From positions 5,376,001 to 5,440,000 of the forward strand of contig OZ253580.1 of NCBI GenBank assembly GCA_965263035.1: DNA of 64,000 bases, read 5' to 3'. The position numbers were made by a program, and so were the translations under genes. The stretch is from Acidobacteriota bacterium. Lineage in GTDB: Bacteria; Acidobacteriota; UBA6911; RPQK01; JAJDTT01. The notes under the pieces were generated by a model. It was given only the letters and a program-made list of their open reading frames with translations, ran no database searches and had not been told where the DNA came from. Of the stretch, positions 29,645-42,300 are shown piece by piece (positions within the stretch are counted from its first letter, which is position 1; the number at the start of each line of letters is the position of its first letter).

Positions 29645-32600
29645 CCGAGAATGAGCGTTAGCGCACCTGGCGTTTTAGCCGGAATCTCAAACGAGAACGA
29701 GTTCTTCAGCCACCACTACCTGTCTGAGCTCTTTCAGGGCGATATCAGGGAGACGGTGAATCGGTGGAACGAGGCCGAGGCCGCCGACTCGGAACGCACC
29801 TCCCCGCACAAACGGCTGTGGGCCCTACGTAAAACGCACACCCAGTTGCTGCGCCGAGCCCAGAATGCCAGGGATCACGCCGCCCAGTTGGCGCACCAAC
29901 GGGAATGGCACCGAGAGCTTCTGGGCGCGCTCGGCTACGATTTCCGCCCCGCGAACCACCGCCTCGAAGACGGCGACGAGATCCCGGTTCTTTGCACAGC
30001 CGGAGGCCAAGGACCGGACGGGGGCGGCACAGCCGCAGGCAAAGCGCAGCGTTCCCCAAGCCTGCTGGCCTTCGCGGCCTTTGCCGGGAATGTTGGTTCG
30101 ACTGAAGACCCGCTCACCGCCCGTCCCTCGGCCCTACAGTTCCACGGCGAGGTGCCGCCGCCCGAAGATCTCCTCGACGAGAACTGGGAGCATATTGTTA
30201 CCCGTCGGGTCTTTGCCCAGAATCGTCCGCCCCGCTGGCTGCTCCTGCTCTCATTCAGTCAGCTCGTTTTGATCGAGCGTGGCAAGTGGGCGCACAGCCG
30301 CCTCCTCCGCTTCGACTTCGAGGAGATAATGGGGCGCGCCCAACGCGCCGAGGACGCCACACTCAAGGCAACCGCCGCTCTGCTTCACCGCTTCTCGCTC
30401 CTCCCGGACGAGGGTGCCCAGCCGCTGCTGGACGGCTTGGACGAGAACAGCCATCGCCACGCCTTCGCGGTCTCTACCGATCTGAAGTACGCCATGCGTG
30501 AGTCGATCGAGCTCGTCGGCAACGAGGCGATCCGCTACCTGCGCGAGGTGAGCCGCGAGCGCGTTTACAACCTCGACGACCGCCTGGCGGGCGAATTGGG
30601 CTTGGAGTGCGTCCGATACATGTACCGGTTGCTATTCCTTTTCTATATCGAGGCGCGGCCAGAGCTGGGCTACGCCCCGGTCAACTCCGACGCTTATCGT
30701 GCGGGGTACAGCCTCGAACGGCTGCGGGATCTGGAGCTGGTCGAGCTCGCCACGGAGGAATCGCGCAACGGTTTCCACCTTCACGAGAGTATCCAGACTC
30801 TTTTCCGCCTGATTCGGGACGGGTTCGACGGGCACCACTGGGGTGGGAGCGTAGACCTCTTCGCCTCTCCCACCCTCCTACGGCACGGCTTCCGCATCCG
30901 CGCGCTGGACAGCGCACTATTTCGCGAGGGCTCCACCCCCCTTCTGGACCGCGTGAAGCCGCGCAACCACGTACTGCAGCGCGTGATCGAGCTGATGTCG
31001 CTGAGCCGCCCCGTGAAGGGCCGTGGACGCAAGCGCCGGGGCCGCATCTCGTATGCGCAGCTCGGTGTCAACCAGTTGGGCGCGGTCTACGAGTCGCTCC
31101 TGTCGTACCGCGGCTTCTTCGCCGAGACCGATCTGTACGAGGTAAAGAAGGCAAAGGACAAGCAGGACGACTTGGCGGGAGCATGGTTCGTGCGAGCCGA
31201 GGAGCTTGACCGCTACGCCGAAAACGAGCGCGTCTACGATACCGACGAGAACGGACACAAGCGGCTGCGCAGGCACGCCAAGGGATCGTTCATCTACCGG
31301 TTGCGGGGGCGGGATCGCGAAAAGTCGGCCAGCTACTACACCCCAGAGTCGCTCACGCGATGTCTTATTAGACATAGTATGCGCGAGTTGATATCGAATT
31401 CGACATCAGCAGACGAGATCCTGGACCTGACGGTATGCGAGCCGGCGATGGGGTCGGCCGCTTTCCTGAACGAGGCCGTCAACCAGTTGGCCGAGCTGTA
31501 CTTGGAACGCAAGCAGAAGGAGCGGGGCGAACGGATCCCACACGAGCAGTACCCCGACGAGCTTCAGCGCACTAAGCGCTTCATCGCCGACCGCAATGTG
31601 TATGGTGTGGACCTGAACCCGGTGGCGGTGGAGCTAGCTGAGGTATCCCTCTGGCTCAACGCCATTCATAGGGACGGGCATGTGCCGTGGTTCGGGTACC
31701 AGTTGGCGTGCGGCAATTCACTGGTAGGGGCTCGGCGGCAGGTGTACCCGAGGGCGCGACTGCGGGGCCGGAAGAAGGCCGATCTGTGGTTTGACAAGGC
31801 TCCAGAGCGGGTGGCGCCGGGACCGGAGGGGCCGGAGCTGAAGCGGCCGCGGGAGACCATCTACCACTTCCTGCTACCCGATCCGGGAATGGCGCACTAC
31901 GGCAACAACCTGGCAAGGAAGCTGGAGCCCGGGAACTTCAAGCGGTTGAAGAAGTGGCGGCGTACCTTCTTTCAGGCGTTTGCGCCCGACGACACCGCCG
32001 AATTGGAGCAACTTTCGGATGCGGTCGACAGGCTCTGGACGCTTCACACCCGTCAACTCGTCCGGGACCACCGCGATACCGAAGATCCCCTGCCGGTGTG
32101 GGGTCACCCCGACCCTGTACGGGCGGGAAGCTCGAACGAATGGAAGGACCGAATTCGTCACCAAGGCATCTTCGCCGAAAGCACGGCCAGCCCCTACCGG
32201 CGCCTGAAGTTGGTGATGGACTACTGGTGCGCGCTGTGGTTTTGGCCGGTGTCGCGGGCAGCCGACCTCCCGTCGCGGGACGAATTCCTTACCGAGATCT
32301 CGCTGGTGCTCACCGGGGATGTGCGGCCTCCGGGGCGGCAGCCGTCGCAGAGCGACCTGTTCGGTGAGGAGTACGCTGAGCACGCGGGCGACATGGCGGC
32401 AGAGATCTTGGACGAGGTAGGGATGCTGGACTTGGACCAGCTCTTCAAGGTGTTTCCGCGCCTGAAGCTAGTTAACGAACTTGCCAGTCGGCACCGGTTC
32501 CACCACTGGGAGTTGGTGTTTGCAGACGTGTTCTACGGGCACCGCGCGAATGGTGAGGTGCGGGGGGGCTTCGATCTGGTGGTGGGGAATCCGCCATGGG

Positions 32601-34147
32601 TGAAGGTGGAGTGGGAGGAGAAAGCTGTCTTGGGCGAGTTCGATCCGTTGGTTGCAGTGCAGACGATCCGACCTCGGGACGCTACCCGTAGGGTGGAGGC
32701 TGCCGTCGCGGCGGACGCAGCGGTAGGTGCTGCGTGGTTCGCGGAGATGGAAGCCACGGCAGGGACCCAGACCTTCCTGAACGCTACTCAGAACTACCCG
32801 CTCTTGTCGGGCCAGAAAGTCAACCTCTACAAGTGCTTTCTGCCGATGGCATGGAAGATGGCCAGCCAGAGTGGAGTGGTGGGCCTGCTGCATCCGGAAG
32901 GTCCGTATGACGACCCTAAAGCGGCGATCCTTCGGGCAGCCATGTATCCGAGACTGCGAGGCCACTTCCAGTTCATCAATGAACGCAAGCTGTTCCCGGA
33001 GGTCGATCACCACACCAAGTTCAGCATCAACATCTATGGAGATGGAGTCAGAGCCGACGAGAAAGGGCGTTCCCCCGACTCGGTAGCGTTTACACACATC
33101 GCTAATCTCTTCGCGCCGGCCACAGTGGACGTTTGTCTGGAGCATGATGGAAGTGGCCTAGTCCCCGGAGTAAAGGATGGCCACGGCGATTGGAACGTCG
33201 CCGGGCATTTGCAGCGGATGATCCCCGTTTCTTTGGACGAGCTCGGGTTGTTTGCCGCGTTGTATGATGAGCCGGACACGCCACCGCTCGAAGCTCGCCT
33301 GCCGGCGCTGCACACCCGGCGCCTTGTGGCCGCTCTGGACAGATTGGCAGCTCAGGGAATGTCCTTGGGGGACGTACGTAACGACATCAAGATCACACCC
33401 GGATGGAATGAGACGATTGCCCAGCGCGACGGCACGATCCGCCGCGACACCGCTTTCCCAGAAGACCCGGACGAGGTCATTTTCTCGGGACCGCACTATT
33501 TCTGCGGCAATCCGCTGTATAAGACTCCCCGACGCTCGTGCACGAAGAACAGCGACTATGACGTTCTCGATCTTGGCGAACTGCCAGACGACTATCTGCC
33601 GAGGACAAATTATGCAAGAGCCTGCGACCGCGGAACCTACGAATCGCGGACGGACGAGGTGGTGTGGGTTGAGCGAGGGAAGGCAAACGCACGCAGAGTT
33701 ACTGACTACTACCGAGTGATCAATCGGGAGATGGTCGGGTCGGGCTCTGAGCGGACATTGAGTACGGCGGTTGTTCCGAAGGGTGCCGGACACATTCATA
33801 CAAACCTGTCCACGGCATTCCGCGACACCGCTCTTTGCTGCGACTTTGCTGCGCTCACGATGTCGATCGCCTTGGACTTTTTCGTCAAGACAACAGGCAC
33901 CGGTCATGTCAACCTGTCCTACTTGCACCGCTTCCCCCTCCTCCCGCCCAACTGCCACCCAGACCTCAACTCCGCCATCCGCCTTCGGGCCCTCATTCTC
34001 AACTGCCTCACCAGTCACTACGCCGATCTCTGGGAGGAGCTTTTCGTCCCCAAGTTCCGCCGAGACTCCTGGGCCAAACCAGATCCACTCCTTCCCGCTT
34101 CGTTCTTCGCAGACCTCACCCCGTTCTGGTCTCGCCACGTGGCACTG

Positions 34148-35930
34148 TGAAGGTGTCCCGTTTTCGTGGACGGTTTATTAGTGCGGTTTACGTTGGTCTA
34201 GGTTGTAATACTCCTTCTGTCGTTGGGGAGCAAGACTTCCTCCCGCTGAATGTCAATGGCCATAGAAAATGTCAGGGTTTTGACCATTGACAGAGCGTTC
34301 TTTCTTCTGTGGGGGGACTGATGGAGGCGTCAGCAAAAGGGCTCACGTTGTGGGAAATCTCTGATTTTCCACAATGGGATACCGCGTAACGAGGGGGCCT
34401 CGGCGCTTTCTTTCCAGGGATTTAAGAGTGGTGTGTATCTCTTTGCATCCGGGGGTCTCAGGGGGGCAGCGCCCCCCTGCCCTCTTCAATCGTGTCGCGC
34501 GCGACGCTTGGTGCGACGGTGATGGTGCTGGCTTCGTGGTCGAGCAGCGCGAAAACGAACCGGTTCGTGAGGCGGCGTCAGTCCTTCTGAGCCTCCCGGC
34601 CCGCAGGACCGGCATTGGAGGCAGGAAAGACGACCCCAGCAGGTCATCACTGCACTCGGCGAGAGCACGAATCGAGGATCTCGTCGTCCGGATCGAGTTT
34701 CGACGACGCCGTGGGTCCTACGCTGCCTGCTGCTCGTAGCGGACCGGCGACTCGTAGCCCAGCGCCGAGTGTCGGCGGCGCCGGTTGTAGAATCCCTCAA
34801 TGAAGTCGAAGACGGTCCGCCTCGCCTGATTCGGATTCCGGAACTGGTGACGGTCCAGCAACTCGCATTCCAGCGTCGCGAAGAAGCTCTCGCACATCGC
34901 GTTGTCGTAAGCGTCCCCCACCGAGCCCATCGACGGCCGCACCCCGGCCTCCCGGCATCTCTTCCCGAAGGCCGTCGAGGTGTATTGTGCCCCCTGGTCC
35001 GAGTGGTGGATCACCTGCTTCGGCTGTCGCCGTATCACCGCCATGGCGAGCGCATTCTCGACCAGTTCGGACCGCAGATGGGTCTCCATTGCCCAGCCCA
35101 CGACCATTCGGCTCCAGGCGTCCAGGACCACGGCCACATACAACCAGCCCGCCTGCGTGCGAACATACGTCAGGTCCGCCACCCAGAGCTGATCCGGTCC
35201 CTCAGCCGCGAAGTTCCGGTTCACCAGGTCCGGTGCGGGACGCGCCTTCCGGTCCCTCCGGGTGAGCCCGGCCTTCCGGTGCCTCCGGCTCACCCCCTGA
35301 ATTCCCGCTTCCCGCATCAATCGGCCCACACGCTTCGGGCTCGTCCGTTCCCCTCGAGCTCTCAGTTCGGCATGCAGACGAGGCCGACCGTAAACTCTCC
35401 GGTTCTCGTTCCAGATCTGCACGATCTTTTCCCGAAGCGCCTGGTCCTGGCGAGCCCGGTTCGAGGGCAGACGTTTCAACCAGGCGTAGTACCCACTGGG
35501 GGAGAGACCCAACACGCGGCACATCACCCGAATCGGAAACTGGGCCCGGTGCGCCTTTACGCGCCTCGAATCCTTTCCGGGGATCGAGTCGCTCTCCCGG
35601 GCGAACCAAGCCGCGGCTTTTTTTAGGATGTCCCGCTCCATCCGCAGGCGCTTGATCTCCCGCCTCGCCTGACGCAACTCCTGGCGCTCGAACTTCGTCA
35701 ACCCGTCGCTCCGGTGCCCCTCGTCCAGATCGGCCTGCTTGACCCACTTCCGGATCGCCGAAGCCGAGGGCTCGAACTCCCGCGCCAGTGCCTCCGGCGA
35801 TCGCCCCGAGCGCACCAGCCCTACGATCTCCCGCCGGAACTCCGGCGGATACCGTCTCTGCTTTCTTGCCATCGTGGATCCCTCCTTACTCCCCTACTTT
35901 GGATGTGTCCACGAAAGCGGGTCAACTCCA
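34148..35930 (-). mobile_element. IS3-family insertion sequence, 1783 bp
   Basis: TG...CA ends, 24-bp terminal inverted repeats (20/24 match), CTG target duplication at 34145-47 and 35931-33. Confidence 0.93.
34718..35872 (-). CDS. IS3-family transposase (OrfA and OrfB in one frame)
   Basis: HTH N-terminus, WVADLTY, HHSDQGAQY, DNAMCESFF and YNRRRRHS (DDE) motifs. Confidence 0.93.
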   Translation of the reverse strand: MARKQRRYPPEFRREIVGLVRSGRSPEALAREFEPSASAIRKWVKQADLDEGHRSDGLTKFERQELRQARREIKRLRMERDILKKAAAWFARESDSIPGKDSRRVKAHRAQFPIRVMCRVLGLSPSGYYAWLKRLPSNRARQDQALREKIVQIWNENRRVYGRPRLHAELRARGERTSPKRVGRLMREAGIQGVSRRHRKAGLTRRDRKARPAPDLVNRNFAAEGPDQLWVADLTYVRTQAGWLYVAVVLDAWSRMVVGWAMETHLRSELVENALAMAVIRRQPKQVIHHSDQGAQYTSTAFGKRCREAGVRPSMGSVGDAYDNAMCESFFATLECELLDRHQFRNPNQARRTVFDFIEGFYNRRRRHSALGYESPVRYEQQAA

Positions 35931-36394
35931 CTGCGCACCGATTACGCCCGCCGCCAAACCCTCGTCGAAATCGACGTACTCACCGCCATGGCCTTCGGTC
36001 TCACCCTAGACGAGCTGTGCACCATCTACCGCGTCCAGTTCCCCATCCTGAAGCAATACGAGCGAGATACTTGGTATGACCGCAACGGCCGCATCGTCTT
36101 CACCGTCTCCAGAGGTTTAGTCGGGGTCGGCCTCCCACGAAAGAAGCGGAAGGACGACATCTGCTACGGCATCCGCACGGACCGACGCCACGAGTACGGC
36201 ATCGCCTTAGGCTGGGAAGATATCCGCGACTTGAAGCACGGCGTCGTCACCCGCGCGATCATGGACGACACCCTCCCCGGCGGCCCTTTCGAGCGCACCA
36301 TCGAGTACCTCGCACCCTTCGACCGCTGTGACCGGGAAGAGGACTACCGCACAGCGTGGGCCGCCTTCGAAAAGCGGCTGAGGCACGTGCCCAA

Positions 36395-39300
36395 ATGATT
36401 CCTAGTGTCGTCGCCGCCGAAGCCGCCCACGCGCTACGCGACTTCCTCGTAACCGGGTTCACCCCGTCAAACCCGGAGTTGGCGAGCGTCATCGACGACT
36501 TTCTGGCCGAACCCGCGAATCTGACCCGCGGTCCGTACCTGTCGTTGGCGTTGCCCTTCCGCAAAGCTCCTGGTGACGAGCCGTTTCCACAGGTGCCGCT
36601 GGAGTTTCCCCCCTACCACCACCAGCGCGTCGCCATGGATCGCCTGGCGAGTGCTTCGGGGAAGTCCACGGTAGTCGCCACCGGCACCGGCTCGGGCAAG
36701 ACCGAGTGCTACATGCTGCCCATTCTCGATCATTGCCGCGAACAGGCAGGTAAGCCCGGAATCAAGGCGATCATCATCTACCCAATGAATGCGCTTGCGA
36801 TGGACCAGGCGACTCGGATCGCGCGCGCTATCCACCGCAACTCCGCTCTGCACCGCAGGATTACGGCAGGGATGTACGTGGGCGGGCGCGAGGAGACGCC
36901 TCGCAAGAGGATGGCGGCCGAGCACATCATCACGGATCGCGAAACCTTGCGGCGGAACCCGCCGGACATCCTGCTGACGAACTACAAGATGCTCGATTAC
37001 CTGATGATCCGGCCCGGTGACCAGCGGCTCTGGCGGCACAACGAGCCGGGGACGCTCCGGTACCTAGTGGTGGACGAACTGCACACCTATGATGGTGCCC
37101 AGGGGACGGACCTTGCATGTCTGATCCGCCGGCTGCGGGCGCGGCTCCAAGTTCCGTCGGATGGGTTGGTGTGCGTAGGCACGTCGGCGACGATCGGGAC
37201 GGGCGACGATGCCCCGGTGCGTGACTACACGTCTCGCGTCTTCAACCAGGAATTCGAGCCGGGCTCGGTAGTGGGCGAGACTCGGCAGGCGGACGAGGAG
37301 TTCCTGAGCGGAGCGCTCATCACGGGCTACTTGCTCCCAACGGACGGGCTGGCGGAGATCCTGGATCCGCGTCGGCATGCCACGAGTGCATCGTATTCGC
37401 GCGCAGCCCACGAGGCATTCATCAACGAGCCGCCCGCGGGGGATCCGGATGCGGACGACTGGAAGGTTGCGCTCTCGGATCGGCTGCGCGAGCACACGGC
37501 ATTCCGGAATCTTCTACAGGTATTGAGCGGGGAACCGAAGCCGCTTCCTGAGGTAGCGGCGACGCTACGCCGGACTTTGCCTGTCGAGAGCGACGAAGAG
37601 GCCGCGGCGGTGCTCAACGCGCTTTGTGCGCTGATCTCGGCTGCACGCCTGCGCGACGATAACGGAGACCTTCGGCCCTTCTTGGATGTGGGAGTTCACC
37701 TCTGGGTGCGGGAGTTGGGGCGCATGGTGTGCAGCGTATCGGAGGGGGGCGTAAGCGAGTCGGCCGCGGCGGGTCCCGTCCGGCGGCTGCGCCATTCGGA
37801 CGAGCTGCAGGCCCCCAGCGCGGACGATCGAAGCACCGCCCGGTCCGTCCACCTTCCGCTCATTCAGTGCCGCGAGTGCCGCGTGACCGGCTGGGCGGCG
37901 GTGAAGCGAGCAAATGAGCCCTGTGTCGAACCAGACCTGCGCGTGTTCTACAACATGTTCTTCCGGCGGGATGTGGACGTGCGGTTTCTGTTCCCGGGGG
38001 ACAAGCCGACAATACGGTCGGCCCAGCACATGCTATGTGGGCGATGTGGGGGGTTGAGTATGGATGGGAAGGAAAGCGGTGCGGGCGACGCCCCCGCGTG
38101 CGTCAGGTGCGGATCAAGCCGGGTAGTCTGGCTGCATGTGCCGGACGCGGTGAAGACCCGCCGCCGCAATGGGAGGGAGGTCGCTGAACTGAGCCGGGAC
38201 TGTCCTTACTGCCGTGCAAGTGAGGGGCTGATCATCTTCGGCGCCCGTGCCGCCAGCCTTATCAGCGTGCTGTGCAGCCAGACGTTCGCTTCACACCACA
38301 ACGACGATCCCAAGGCGCTGGTCTTCTCCGACAACGTTCAGAATGCCGCGCACCGTGCCGGGTTCGTGGCGGCGCGTAGCCGACAGACGCACACTCGTGC
38401 GGCAATCACCCATGCGGCCGCTGCCCACGACGGGATCTCCCTCAAGCGTCTACCCGGGGTGGTGGCCCAACACTGGCGGGAACGGGCGGTCGAACCCGAG
38501 GATTTCGTTGGCGAGCACATCGCCGACGATTGTCGCTGGATGCGGGATGTCGCGCATCTTGAGCGCGAGGGGAATCTCCCGTCGGGCTCCAATCTTGCCA
38601 AACTGGTGGGTCGGCGCATGGAGTGGGAAACTCTTCGCGAATTCACCTTCGGGTCTGGTATCGGCCGGACGCTGGAGCGGACCGGCGCGGCAGCCGTCGC
38701 ACTCGATCGCGAGCGTGTGCAAAAGGCGTATCGGACGGCCCACACCCGCATCCGGGAAGAAGTGGGCGGCCTCCGCGACATGGGCGAGGACGCCGTGCGT
38801 GCACTGGTTCTGGGTGTGCTACGGCACATGAAGGACCGGGGGGCCGTGAAGCATGCGCTGATGAAGGCGTATCTGGATGGCGGCGGCAATCCCTGGGTCT
38901 GGCACCGCGATCCGGCTTTGCCGCGATTTGGCCTGCGCTCGCTGATTCCCGTTTTTCCAGTCTGCCCCGACACCTCCGGATCGCGTTCGTTCACCCGGTC
39001 CCGCTCTCGTTCCCACGAAGGCGTGGAAGAGGTCGCCGGCGCGGGTGGGCGGCGATCCTGGTATCGGGGCTGGTGCGAGTCGGTGCTGGCAGGCGAGAGC
39101 GCACTGGGCCCGGCAGAGTCTGGTCATGTTCTCCGGCTGGTGTTCGCTGCACTCCAGCACTCGGGACTGGTCAACAAGGTTGCGGCAAAATCCCAATGGG
39201 TGTGGGCCTTGGAGCCCGGACGCCTCTCAGTCACCACTGACGCCACCTTCCTCCAATTGGACGGACCGGGACGCCCTCTTTCCGTCGCTGCCGCCGACGC

Positions 39301-42300
39301 GGATCTGTGGGCGGGTGTTCCCCGCCTCGATGCCCCTGTGACTTCCAGCCGCTATCGCCGCCCGGACCACTCTGGTTCACGCTACTCGGACTCGCCTACC
39401 TGGTTTGGCCGGTTGTATCGGGACGGACAGGTCCGCCGCATCGTCGCCGCCGAACACACAGCCCTGGTGGAACGCGAGGATCGGGAGCGTCTTCAGCGGA
39501 TTTTCGCGAAGCCGAACAGGGTGCGTCGGCCCTGGGAGCCCAATCTGGTGTCAGCCACTCCCACTCTGGAACTGGGAATTGACATCGGCGATCTGTCCAC
39601 CGTGACCCTTTGCTCTGTTCCACCACGTACAGCCAGCTACCGCCAGCGGGCGGGGCGGGCGGGGCGCCGAGATGGAAATGCCCTGATCCTCACCGTCGCC
39701 AACGCCGAGCCTCACGACCTCTATTTCTACGCCGATCCTCTGGAAATGCTGGCTGGCGGCATCGAGCCGCCGGGCATTTTCCTCGACGCAGTGGCAGTCC
39801 TGGAGCGGCAGATGACCGCGTACTGTTTCGACAACTGGGTGGCGTCCGGGGTTCCCGAAGACGCGGTGCCGCAGAAGATCGGCACGGTGTTGACGAACGT
39901 GGAGAAAGAGCGCCACGAAGGATTCCCGTACCCGTTCTTCGCCTTCGTTCGCAATGAGGAGGAACGGCTGATCAAAGGGTTTCTCGATGCCTTTTCCGAG
40001 GACTTGGCACAATCGTCGCGCGCCGAGTTGCGCAGCTTTGTGCGCGGCGATGTAGACAGGAAGAAGCCGTCGCTCATACTCAAGATCCTCGACCGACTGA
40101 ACGAGGTGATCAAGGAGCGGAGTTCGGTGGCCGCCGACATACGGTCGCTCGGGGAGCGCATTCGCAAGCTGAAGGCCCAACCGGAGGACGAGGCCACCCG
40201 GAACGAAATCGACGAACTCGAGAATGTCCGCAAGGGGCTCCGCGCGGTGCACGGAAAGATCAATGGCCGCGACACATTCAACTTCCTGACCGACGAGGGG
40301 CTGGTGCCCAACTACGCGTTCCCGGAGGCGGGCGTCAAGCTCCGTTCGGTCATACTGGAGCGAAAGGCAGATCGGGGCGAGAAAGGCGGTACAGGGACAC
40401 GGGCCATCACCCACGAATACGAGCGGCCTGCTGCGATGGCGCTGGGAGAATTCGCGCCGGAGAACCGCTTCTATGCACGCGCGCACCAAGTTGAGATCAG
40501 CCGCGTGGACACACGCGTCTCCGAACTGGAACGTTGGCGAATGTGCCCGTCCTGCGTCTACGCCGAGAATGTGGATGCCGGGGACCACCACACAGCCTGT
40601 CCCCGTTGCGGCAATGTGCAGTGGCAGGACAGCGGACAGTTGCGCGACCTGCTCAAACTCCGGCTGGTACACGCGGTAGCGGACGCTCGCACCAGCCGCA
40701 TCGACGACCAGAAGGACGACCGCGAGCACCTCTTCTACACTCGGAACCTGATCGCGGACTTCGATCCCGCCGATGTCCAGCACGCCTACGCGATCCGCAA
40801 TGCCGACGCCGCGTTCGGGTTCGAGCACATCGCGTCGGCCACATTCCGTGAAGTCAACTTCGGGCGAATGGGCCAGCCCACACAGTCGGTCAGGGTGGCG
40901 GGGATGCAGCTTCCCCGCGAGGGATTCCGCATTTGCCGACGGTGCGGCATGGTCAACCCGGGCCCGGGCTCGGAGCCAAAACACATGCCCACGTGTCCGG
41001 CGCGGCGGGCAGGGCGAGATGCGATCGTCGACTGTCTGTACCTGTATCGCGAGTTCCAATCGGAAGCGATCCGCATGTTGCTGCCCGCGACGGTCGGGCC
41101 CGACGCGGAGCGCTGCGAGCGTTCGTTTGTGGCGGCCCTGGAGCTTGGGCTCCGTCGACGGTTCGGCGGAGAGATCGCGCATCTGCGTGCCATGACCTGT
41201 GCGTACCCTGTCGAGGGGTCGGACCAGCCGCAAAAGTATGTGCTGCTTTACGACACCGTTCCGGGAGGCACGGGTTACCTGAAAGACCGGATGACGGCGC
41301 CGGAGAGGCTGCTTTCGGTATTTGAGGCGGCGCTGGCAGCGATTGAGGAATGCCCGTGCAACCAGGATCCGGAAAGGGACGGTTGCCACCGCTGCGTTCT
41401 GGGGCATCGGCGCAGCCGAGACATGCAGGACACCTCACGCGAGACAGCCCGTCAGCTACTGCGGAACATCTTGGATGCCCGTGACCATCTCGAGCAGGTG
41501 GAAGGGTTGCGCAAGGTACGGGTCGTGGTGCAAACAGACAGCATTCTGGAGGATCGCTTCATCGAGGCGCTGCGCCGGGTGGCGGTTGCGGACGGCCGAC
41601 AGCCTTCGCTCCGCTATGACCTGGTCGACGGAAAGCCGGGATACGTACTTGGCGTCGGCAGCGGTGACGCGGGTGGGCAAGTTTGGTACGTCGTGCCACA
41701 GGTGGACGTTGGGCTCGCCGATGGCGTCTTGCACCCCAGCCGTCCCGACTTTCTGATCCGCCCTGCCAAGGCTTCAGCCGTGCACCCGCCCGTAGCGGTG
41801 TTCATGGATGGGTTCGAGTACCACCGGGATCGCGTCGATGACGATTCCGTCAAGCGAATGGCGCTGGTCCGGGCCGGATTCGTGGTGTGGTCGGCAACCT
41901 GGGATGATGTGAAGGTGGTATTGGGCGAAGCGAAGCCGCCGGACGATATGATTCCGGGTAGAGATCCACAGCCGCCGATGGACCAGGTACAAAGGGGGCT
42001 GGAAGCCCAATGGCAGATCTCGGAACTGCGCTCGGCGCTGGGCGAACCGTCCCTCAAACTGCTCGGCCGGTATCTCGCTGAGCCGAATCCCGAATTGTGG
42101 AGGCGGGCCGTGTTCACGCAATTGGTGGGCGAGTTTGACCAGGCGACCATGACATCCGCCGACTTCGCGCAACGGTTTGCGGCAGGGGCCAAAGCAATAC
42201 TTCCAGAAGGCGCAACGGACTTCCTGCACTACAACCCATCAGATGCCCCTGCCCACGAAGCGCACGTGTTTGCGGGCCGCGAAAAATGGCGCGCATCGGG

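Larger units (their letters stand above)
29651..36398 (+). pseudogene. Large N6-adenine DNA methyltransferase (DrmMI/Type IIG-like, ~1653 aa) interrupted by IS3
   Basis: SYYTP, CEPAMGSAAFL and NPPW motifs in 29651-34147; removing the IS and one CTG restores the frame (RHVAL-RTDYARRQ) through to the stop at 36398. Confidence 0.88.

Noticed and set aside
35739-36398. 219-aa ORF as an independent gene
   Set aside because: The first ~64 codons are IS3 antisense sequence; the rest is the severed methyltransferase C-terminus
39551-41407. 618-aa antisense ORF (likewise 54255-56024, 14948-16297, 60758-62104 and others)
   Set aside because: Shadow ORFs opposite well-supported genes in GC-rich DNA, with no recognisable motifs
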